From: an uncultured Thermoanaerobaculia bacterium
GTDB taxonomy: Bacteria > Acidobacteriota > Thermoanaerobaculia > Multivoradales > Multivoraceae
Direction: 5' to 3'
NCBI GenBank assembly: GCA_951812325.1
Contig: OX638294.1
Span: 1,278,859 to 1,342,858, forward strand
Length of the DNA: 64,000 bases
Positions within the stretch are counted from its first letter, which is position 1. Each line of letters opens with the position of its first letter. This document shows, piece by piece, positions 57,486-64,000 of this stretch. Below the pieces are notes generated by a model. The model was not told the DNA's origin. It did no database searches and saw nothing but the letters and a program-made list of their open reading frames with translations. The position numbers were made by a program, and so were the translations under genes.

Positions 57486-58313
57486 ATGACCGATGTAGCC
57501 GCTCGCCCCCGCCTGACCGTCGACATCGAGGCCGGCGTCGCCGACGTGCGTCTTGACCGCGCCGACAAGCTGAACGCGCTCGACCATGCGATGTTCGACG
57601 GTCTGGCCGCCACCGCCCGCGAACTTGCCGACGATTCATCGGTGCGCGCGGTCGTGCTCTCCGGCAACGGCCGCGCCTTCTGCGCCGGCCTCGACTTCGG
57701 CAGCTTCCGCGCCATGCAGCAGAGCGGCAGCGGAGAGTCCTCCACGCGCGAACTGGTCCAGCGGACCGACGAGAACCCCGCCAATCGCGCTCAGTTCGCG
57801 GCCTGGGGCTGGCATGCGCTGCCGGTTCCGGTCATCGCGGCGGTCCACGGCGTGACCTACGGCGGCGGCTTCCAGATCGCGCTTGGCGCCGATCTGCGCA
57901 TCGTCCATCCGGAAGCCCGGCTCTCCGTGCGCGAGATCGTCTGGGGTCTGATCCCCGACATGGCCGGCCCGCAGTTGCTGCGGCACGTCGTGCGCTCCGA
58001 CATCGCCAAGGAGCTGACCTTCACCGGCCGCGTGATCAGCGGCGTCGAGGCCGCCGAACTCGGACTCGTCACCCGGCTGTCCGAACAGCCGCTCGATGAC
58101 GCTCTCGACCTCGCGCGGGAGATCGCGGGCAACTCGCCGCACGCGATCCGCGCGGCAAAGCAGGTCCTCGACAGGGCAAGGACGGTTGGCGTCCGCGAGG
58201 GACTCGAGACCGAGGAGCGGCTGCAGCTCGGCCTGATCGGCTCGCCCAATCAGGTCGAGGCGGTGACCGCCAACATGGAGAAGCGAGCACCCGGCTTCGC
58301 CGACGTCGACTGA
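57486..58313 (+). CDS. Enoyl-CoA hydratase/isomerase (crotonase) family protein
   Basis: VVLSGNGRAFCAGLDF, AAVHGVTYGGGFQIALGADLRI, EIVWGLIPDMAG crotonase-fold signatures. Confidence 0.85.
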   Translation: MTDVAARPRLTVDIEAGVADVRLDRADKLNALDHAMFDGLAATARELADDSSVRAVVLSGNGRAFCAGLDFGSFRAMQQSGSGESSTRELVQRTDENPANRAQFAAWGWHALPVPVIAAVHGVTYGGGFQIALGADLRIVHPEARLSVREIVWGLIPDMAGPQLLRHVVRSDIAKELTFTGRVISGVEAAELGLVTRLSEQPLDDALDLAREIAGNSPHAIRAAKQVLDRARTVGVREGLETEERLQLGLIGSPNQVEAVTANMEKRAPGFADVD

Positions 58314-58326
58314 CCCGGGCGCCGGG

Positions 58327-60567
58327 CTACGACTCCAGGTGCCAGCTGTGGTGGGGCTGGAGCAGCTCCCGCTGCGAGTCGCGCGGCGCCTCGCCGCTCG
58401 CCGGTCGGAGCCGGGTGTAGGTGCCGTCCGACTCCAGGCGCCGGCAGTTCGCGGTATCCGCCAGAAGCGGCGCCAGGATGTCGCGCAGCGCGCACCGGCG
58501 CAGGCGCTGATCGAGGATCGGGCACAACAGCTCGACCCGTCCGTTCAGATTGCGCGGCATGATGTCCGCGCTGCCGGTAAACAGCTCCTCGTCGCCGCCG
58601 TTCCGGAAGTAGTAGAAGCGCGAGTGCTCCAGGAAACGGCCTACGATCGAGGTCACCGAGATGTTCTCGGACAGGCCCGGCACACCTGGTCTCAGACAAC
58701 AGATCCCCCGCACCTGGAGGAGGACCTCGACGCCCGCCTGTGACGCGCGATAGAGCGCGTCGATGCACTCGCGGTCGACCAGCGAGTTCATCTTGAAGAT
58801 GAGCCGACCGCCGCCCTCGCGGCGATGGCTCTCGATCTCCCGGTCGATCCGGCGGATCAACTCCGGCCGCATCTGCACCGGCGCCACCAGCAACCGGCTG
58901 TAGCTCTGCTCGCGGGCATAGCCGGTGATCGAGTTGAAGAGCTTCGCCACGTCCGAGGCGATCTCGGCGTCGTCGGTCAGCAGGCCGATGTCGGTGTAGA
59001 TGCGCGCCGTGACCGGGTTGTAGTTCCCGGTCGCGAGATGCACGTAGGAGTGCAGCCTGCCGGACTCCCGGCGCACCACGAGACACATCTTGGCGTGGGT
59101 CTTGAGTCCCATCACGCCGTACACGACGTGGACGCCGGCGGCTTCCAGCGCCCGGGCCCAACCGATGTTGTGCTCCTCGTCGAAGCGGGCCTTCAACTCG
59201 ACCAGAACCGAGACCTGCTTGCCGTTATCGCGCGCCTCCATCAGCGCCTCGACGACGGGTGAGTTGGCGCCCACCCGGTAGAGCGTCTGCTTGATCGCGA
59301 TCACATCGGGGTCGGCGGCCGCTTCCCGCAGCAGCCGCACAACCGGCGAGAAGCTGTCGTACGGGTGGTACAGCAGATGGTCGCGGCGCCGGATCGCGCG
59401 GAACACGGATTCGTCCCCCAGCAGCGACGCCTGGCGGAACGGCGCGCCGTCGCGCAGTTCCGGACGATCGAGGAAGGCGATCTCGCTCAGGTCCGCCAGG
59501 CCCAACGGCGAGGGAAGGGTGTCGACCTGGAATGGGGCCAGCCCCATGTTCCGCTCCAGGATCGATCGGATCTTCTTGGGCGTATCCTCCCGCACCTCGA
59601 GCCGCACGACGGAGCCGAAGTGCCGCTGGCCAACGACCTCCACGATCGCGGTCAACAGATCGTCCGCCTCGTCCTCCTCGATCTCCAGGTCGGCATCGCG
59701 CGTGACCCGGAAGGTGTAGGCGGCCGCGATCTCGAGGCCCGGGAAGAGCAGGTCGAGATTCGCCGCGATCAGCTCCTCGATCCAGACGAACTTGCCGCGG
59801 CTCGACTCATCCAGGCCGAGCTCGTCCCGGCCGCCGCCCGGCGCCCTGACCAGGCGCGGCAGGAGCGGCGGAACCTTGACGCGGGCGAAGCGCTGGCCCT
59901 GGTTCCCGTCGTCGATGACCACCGCCAGGTTCAGGCTCAGGTTCGAGACGTGCGGAAAGGGGTGGCCGGGATCGAACGCGAGCGGAGTCAGAACCGGGAA
60001 GATCTCGCGGTCGAAGTAGGCGCGCAGTTTGCGTTGCTTCTTGTCGGAGAGGTCATCATGGGAGATGATCTCGATGCCGGCGTCCCGGAGCTTGGGCAAC
60101 AGGTCGTCATGCCAGCAGCTGTAGGCCAGTTCGCGTTCACGCCGGAGGTGCGTACGGATGCCGGCCAACTGCTCGGAAGGCGTCATGCCGTCCGGCGGCG
60201 CTTCCAGGGCCCCGCGCTCCAACTGCCGGCACAGCCCCGAGACCCGCACCATGAAGAACTCGTCCAGATTGCTGCCGTAGATCGACAGGAACTTGACCTG
60301 TTCCAGCAGCGGATGACGAGGATCGCACGCTTCCTCCAGCACCCGGCTGTTGAACTGCAGCCAGCTCAACTCCCGGTTGATGTAGTGCTCGGGCAACCCC
60401 GGCGTGACCGCCGGCGGCCTCGCCTCCGGCGGCCTCTCCGGTTCCACCGCGCCAGCGGGCGCGCACGCCGGCGGATGCGAACAGCGCGCCGCGGCGGGCG
60501 TCTCCGGAACCGCCGCAAGCGGCGGCTCAGTCAGATTCCCAGCTGCTGCAGACCCCGGATTCGCCAC
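58327..60567 (-). CDS. ppk: Polyphosphate kinase 1 (PPK1); annotated start gives ~60-aa N-terminal extension, true start may be internal
   Basis: YINRELSWLQFNSRVLEEA N-terminal motif, two PLD-like HKD catalytic motifs (GLKTHAKMCLVVRRE / LATGNYN). Full-length PPK1 architecture. Confidence 0.9.
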   Translation of the reverse strand: MANPGSAAAGNLTEPPLAAVPETPAAARCSHPPACAPAGAVEPERPPEARPPAVTPGLPEHYINRELSWLQFNSRVLEEACDPRHPLLEQVKFLSIYGSNLDEFFMVRVSGLCRQLERGALEAPPDGMTPSEQLAGIRTHLRRERELAYSCWHDDLLPKLRDAGIEIISHDDLSDKKQRKLRAYFDREIFPVLTPLAFDPGHPFPHVSNLSLNLAVVIDDGNQGQRFARVKVPPLLPRLVRAPGGGRDELGLDESSRGKFVWIEELIAANLDLLFPGLEIAAAYTFRVTRDADLEIEEDEADDLLTAIVEVVGQRHFGSVVRLEVREDTPKKIRSILERNMGLAPFQVDTLPSPLGLADLSEIAFLDRPELRDGAPFRQASLLGDESVFRAIRRRDHLLYHPYDSFSPVVRLLREAAADPDVIAIKQTLYRVGANSPVVEALMEARDNGKQVSVLVELKARFDEEHNIGWARALEAAGVHVVYGVMGLKTHAKMCLVVRRESGRLHSYVHLATGNYNPVTARIYTDIGLLTDDAEIASDVAKLFNSITGYAREQSYSRLLVAPVQMRPELIRRIDREIESHRREGGGRLIFKMNSLVDRECIDALYRASQAGVEVLLQVRGICCLRPGVPGLSENISVTSIVGRFLEHSRFYYFRNGGDEELFTGSADIMPRNLNGRVELLCPILDQRLRRCALRDILAPLLADTANCRRLESDGTYTRLRPASGEAPRDSQRELLQPHHSWHLES

Positions 60568-60639
60568 GATAACCGCTGACTCTACAACACTTCCGGCTCC
60601 AACCCGACAGCCGGACGCGCCCCCCCGGTCGGGCCGCGG

Positions 60640-62631
60640 TCAGGAAGCGGGGCGCCTCCTGACCACGACGAACGTCACGTCATCGGCCGGGACGCCGCCC
60701 GGGGAGAGTTCCTCGACCCAGCTCTCGAACTCGGCCATCGCGGCGGCAGCGGGGCGCTGGCCGACCTCGCGCCAGCGATCCGCGACAGCCGGATAGCCCA
60801 CCGGCTCGTCGCCCGCATCCAGCATCTCGGGAAGACCGTCACTCATCAGGAGCGCCGCGTCGCCGGGATCGAGCCGGACCTGCCGCGCCTCGTAGGAGGC
60901 ACGCGCCATCGTGCCCAGCGGCACGCCGGCACTCATGATCTCCTCGACCGCGCCGGAAGGAGAACGACTCACGAGGACCGGCGGCATGCCGGCGGAAGCC
61001 AGGTCGAGCACTCCCTCGTGATATCGCGCCAGGACCAGCGCCATCGCCCGCCGGCCGAGGTTCATCGACCGGATGGTCGCCGTCGCATGGGACAGGAACG
61101 CCGCCAGATCAAGACCCAGGTCCGCCGACGCGAGCAACGTCTTGACCACCGTGACCATGGTGCCCGCGCGCGCGCCGTGGCCGGTGGCGTCGCCCACCGC
61201 GATGATCAGGGAACCGTCGTGCCGGGGCCTGAAGTCGTAGTAGTCGCCCCCAACCTCGGACGCCGTGCGCAGGAACACCGCGATCTCGAGGTCGGAATGC
61301 TCCGGCAGCGCCCCGGGCAGCAACGAGAGCTGGAATCGCCGGGCTTCCTCCAACTCCACCGTCTGCCTCTCGTTCTCCGCTTCCAGCAGACGCCGGCCCA
61401 CCTCCTGCTGACGACGGAGCCGTTCCTGGTCGAGCAACTGCCGACGGCTCTTCTCCTGGTCGCGAGCCATCCGGTTGAAGGCTTCGCCGAGCTTGCCCAC
61501 TTCGTCACGCCCACCCAGGCGCGCCCGCGCCGCCGCGTCGCCCCGGGCCAGACGGTCGACCTGTCTGGTCAGGTGGCTGAGCCGGCGCGTGAGGCGATTG
61601 GCGAGCGGGGCGGCAGCAAGCAGGGACAGGCTCATCAGGCCGACGCCCATGCCGAAGTTGCGGAGCGAGGCAGCGCGCATCTCGGCCAGGGAGGCGCCGA
61701 TCGGACGCGCGATGCCATAGGTGAGATCACCTTCCGCGGCGGCCTGGATGACCACCACCCAGTCGGACATGCCCCGCCAGAGTTCCTCGTCCCCCTGGGC
61801 CAGCGCTTCAAGGAGCCGCTGTCCCCCGGGACACCGCACTTCCCGGAGCAAATCCAGCTCCTCGGGCTCGGAGGTGTAGACCTCGCCTTCCGCGTCGGTC
61901 GCGAACGGAACCGCGCCATCACGACGCGGGATCCGGCGCAGGACATCCCGCATCAGGCGCTCAGGCCGGACGGCGGCCTCCAGGTGGCCAACCAGGCGAC
62001 CGTCCCGATGTACGGGGGTCGAGATCGCGCCGCCGAGCGTTCGAGCCAGCCTGTCCCGTGCTTCGCGCGCCCGCTCGACATCCTCCACGACCCTCGCTGC
62101 CGTCGCCTCGCGCGCCGATTGCGGTTCGCCGGAAGCGCGACCACCCGGCAACCGATCCGGGCGGTCTCGCCGCGACCAGAAGATCCGGGCTTCCCGCGCA
62201 CCCGACCCGGGCGCGCCGCGGCCGCCGTCGGCCGAGTTCCCGGTCTCCTTCCCGGTCTCCCGCTGGTCCTGGCCGGGAGCCAACGGAGCCGACGGCGCCA
62301 TCGGGACGAGCTCGAGCGCATCGAAGAAGTCCGCGTCAGCGCCCAGGCTGCCCTGGATGAGCTCGGCGAGCGCGTCCCGGTCGACGTACCGGGGGTCGTC
62401 GAAGGGCAGCAGCGTGCCAAGTCGTCCCACGTCCAGGCGCAGGTCCTCGCGCGCGCGGGCCAGTCCGATCGAGATCTGCCTTGCGACTTCCACCGACTCG
62501 GCGCGCACCGCCGCGCGAAACGCCTTCGCCGAGGACACGTAGGAGTAGCCGACGATGCCTCCCAGGGGAAGAACCGCCAGCACCAGAAAGGCCAGAATGA
62601 GTTGGCTTCGCAGCTTCATCGTTCTCGTCAA
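60640..62631 (-). CDS. Membrane sensor with HAMP domain and PP2C/SpoIIE-type serine phosphatase domain (RsbU-like)
   Basis: N-terminal TM, HAMP (LTRQVDRLARGD...LGEAFNRMAR), SpoIIE/PP2C motifs (GGDYYDF, AVGDATGHGARAG, DGLPE). Confidence 0.85.
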   Translation of the reverse strand: MTRTMKLRSQLILAFLVLAVLPLGGIVGYSYVSSAKAFRAAVRAESVEVARQISIGLARAREDLRLDVGRLGTLLPFDDPRYVDRDALAELIQGSLGADADFFDALELVPMAPSAPLAPGQDQRETGKETGNSADGGRGAPGSGAREARIFWSRRDRPDRLPGGRASGEPQSAREATAARVVEDVERAREARDRLARTLGGAISTPVHRDGRLVGHLEAAVRPERLMRDVLRRIPRRDGAVPFATDAEGEVYTSEPEELDLLREVRCPGGQRLLEALAQGDEELWRGMSDWVVVIQAAAEGDLTYGIARPIGASLAEMRAASLRNFGMGVGLMSLSLLAAAPLANRLTRRLSHLTRQVDRLARGDAAARARLGGRDEVGKLGEAFNRMARDQEKSRRQLLDQERLRRQQEVGRRLLEAENERQTVELEEARRFQLSLLPGALPEHSDLEIAVFLRTASEVGGDYYDFRPRHDGSLIIAVGDATGHGARAGTMVTVVKTLLASADLGLDLAAFLSHATATIRSMNLGRRAMALVLARYHEGVLDLASAGMPPVLVSRSPSGAVEEIMSAGVPLGTMARASYEARQVRLDPGDAALLMSDGLPEMLDAGDEPVGYPAVADRWREVGQRPAAAAMAEFESWVEELSPGGVPADDVTFVVVRRRPAS

Positions 62632-63500
62632 CCCGATCGCGGTTCGCCGTCTTCCCGATTCGTTCCGGCCCCGGCAGTCGGCTGCCGCACCGGTCTGCCG
62701 TCCTTGCGCCGGCCCGCCAACGAACTGACGACGCCGTGAAGCGCCCTCACCTCGTGCTCCCTGAGCTCCGCACGGTGCAGGATACTCCGCAGGTTGCGGA
62801 CCATGATGCCGCGCTTCTCCACCACCCGCAGGAAGCCGGAGTCGTCGAGTTCCTGTTCAAGGTGCTCGAAGAGATTCACGAGCTGCGCCGCGGTGGCTGG
62901 CGGCGGCGTCGACTTCGGACCGGCCGCCGCCGCCCGCCGGCCTGCTTCCGCCTCGAACCAGGCGTGGCAGACCAGCAGCACGGCCTGCGCCAGGTTGAGC
63001 GACGAGTACGCCGGGTTCAGGGGAATGTGGACGATGTGCGACGCCAGGGCGACATCGTCGTTGTCGAGTCCGGCCCGCTCGGGACCGAACAGCACCCCGG
63101 TGCGGAGCCCCCGACTCGCGCAGTCCCGCATCCCGGCCGCCAGCTCACGTGGGCCGATCGCCGGCTTGAGCAGATCGCGGCGGCGCGCGGTCGTCGCGTA
63201 GACCCGGTGCAGATCGGCGACTGCGCCGGCCGTCGTCTCGAACACCGAGGCCCGGTCGACGAGTTCCCGCGAAGCTCCGGTCGCCATGGCCCGCGCGCGC
63301 TCGTTCGGCCAACCCTCGCGCGGCGCCACCAGGCGCAACCCGGTCAGTCCGCAGTTCAGCATCGCCCGGGCCGCCGCACCGATGTTCTCGCCCATCTGGG
63401 GACCCACCAGAACGATCACCGGTCGTGTTGAAGGCGCAGGAAGCCGCCGCCCGCCGGCAGCGGCTCCGACCCCCTTCGCGTCTGTTCCCCTGCCAGTCAT
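62628..63500 (-). CDS. trmJ: SpoU/TrmH-family RNA 2'-O-methyltransferase, TrmJ-like (~290 aa from ATG 63498-63500; track ORF extends further upstream but that part is not coding-like)
   Basis: VIVLVGPQMGENIGAAARAMLNCGL, GVLFGPERAGL, IPLNPAYSSLNLAQAVLLVCHA SPOUT motifs. 4-nt overlap with the downstream phosphatase gene start. Confidence 0.75.
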   Translation of the reverse strand: MTGRGTDAKGVGAAAGGRRLPAPSTRPVIVLVGPQMGENIGAAARAMLNCGLTGLRLVAPREGWPNERARAMATGASRELVDRASVFETTAGAVADLHRVYATTARRRDLLKPAIGPRELAAGMRDCASRGLRTGVLFGPERAGLDNDDVALASHIVHIPLNPAYSSLNLAQAVLLVCHAWFEAEAGRRAAAAGPKSTPPPATAAQLVNLFEHLEQELDDSGFLRVVEKRGIMVRNLRSILHRAELREHEVRALHGVVSSLAGRRKDGRPVRQPTAGAGTNREDGEPRSG

Positions 63501-63527
63501 CGCGCCTTCCCCGCGTAGGCTACACAG

Positions 63528-64000
63528 ATGACTGCAGCGCGCCTGGCGGACCGCCTTCCCGAAACCGCGGGGACGATCTCTCCCGACAACATCCTGGAAC
63601 GGTTCCTCGACCGGGTCGCCGAGCTCGGGTTCGAGCTCTTCCCCGCTCAGGAAGAGGCGCTGCTGGAACTCATCGCCGGACGCCACGTGGTCCTCGATAC
63701 GCCGACCGGTTCCGGCAAGTCCCTGGTCGCGATGGCTCTTCTGTTCAAGTGCCTCTGCGAAGGCCGCAAGGGCTTCTACACGGCGCCGGTCAAGGCCCTT
63801 GCCTCGGAGCAGTTCTTCCGCATGTGCGACGACTTCGGCGCCGAGCGGGTGGGCATGCTGACGGGCGACGCGAGCATCAACCCGGAAGCGCCGATCGTCT
63901 GCTGCACTGCCGAGGTGCTCGCCAACATGGCCCTCCGCCGGGGTGCGACGCTGCCGGTGGACTACGTGGTCATGGACGAGTTCCACTACTACTCGGATCC
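63528..64000 (+). CDS. Ski2/HelY/Lhr-like DEAD/DEAH-box helicase, N-terminal part (runs off the right edge)
   Basis: [10 protein letters not shown]...[34 protein letters not shown] (motif I), [12 protein letters not shown] (Ia), [12 protein letters not shown] (Ib), [11 protein letters not shown] (II, DEFH). Confidence 0.7.
   Translation, partial: MTAARLADRLPETAGTISPDNILERFLDRVAELGFELFPAQEEALLELIAGRHVVLDTPTGSGKSLVAMALLFKCLCEGRKGFYTAPVKALASEQFFRMCDDFGAERVGMLTGDASINPEAPIVCCTAEVLANMALRRGATLPVDYVVMDEFHYYSD

Noticed and set aside
58339-60579. Plus-strand ORFs (134-404 aa) inside the ppk1 region
   Set aside because: Antisense to a full-length PPK1 with both HKD-like motifs.
62736-63431. 231-aa plus-strand ORF and the upstream 160 codons of the track ORF 62628..63986
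   Set aside because: The SPOUT methyltransferase motifs begin only after ATG 63500 on the minus strand. The extra N-terminal extension is compositionally non-coding, and the plus ORF is antisense to trmJ.
1-64000. Scan of intergenic regions for tRNA/rRNA genes
   Set aside because: No GTTCGA-type T-loop with matching acceptor stem was seen in any gap over 100 bp; cannot exclude without tRNAscan or covariance models.

Overview
This 64-kb window is high-GC (roughly 70%) bacterial chromosome from a Gram-negative-type organism, shown by TonB-dependent receptors and lipoprotein signal peptides. Every family assignment below rests on motif reading of the translations; I could run no database search, and the system and gene names (DISARM/drm*, ietAS, TcmP, VapBC) are taken from the literature on those families and applied by resemblance. 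Most long ORFs in the six-frame track are antisense artefacts of GC-rich coding DNA; real genes were picked by recognisable protein families, start-codon/RBS context and operon logic. Housekeeping content, in order: two divergently transcribed paralogous TonB-dependent receptors, an NCS2 purine permease operon, a 1552-aa single-chain biotin-dependent carboxylase (CT-alpha, CT-beta, BC, BCCP fused), a shikimate dehydrogenase family gene, a sugar ABC transporter operon, a dipeptide-type ABC ATPase and a YfcC-family permease. After the island come a GrdB/PrdB-family selenoprotein candidate (in-frame UGA with a SECIS-like hairpin), MsrB, a carboxylesterase, an RRM RNA-binding protein, a DEAD-box helicase, a MutS-like ATPase, glpFK, an enoyl-CoA hydratase, PPK1, a HAMP-PP2C phosphatase, a TrmJ-like methyltransferase and the start of a Ski2-like helicase. 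The notable part is a ~22-kb defence island (22.2-44.2 kb). It has a DISARM class-1-like gene set: SNF2 helicase (drmD-like), Eco57I-type N6-adenine methyltransferase (drmMI-like), drmA-like helicase and drmB-like DUF1998 protein, with no PLD drmC. The methyltransferase and drmA are separated by ~9 kb of cargo: an IetAS-like AAA ATPase plus S8 subtilase pair, an ASCH protein, a three-Cys-motif Gp37/Gp68 plus TcmP pair (a diverged second copy with a truncated TcmP lies 17 kb away in inverted orientation), a frameshifted IS3 orfA remnant, an orphan Phd/YefM antitoxin with a truncated VapC, a decayed 5' fragment of a second drmA allele, and a solitary AAA_21 ATPase. The uncharacterised Gp37/Gp68-TcmP pairs and the recombination scar in front of drmA are the best candidates for undescribed biology.
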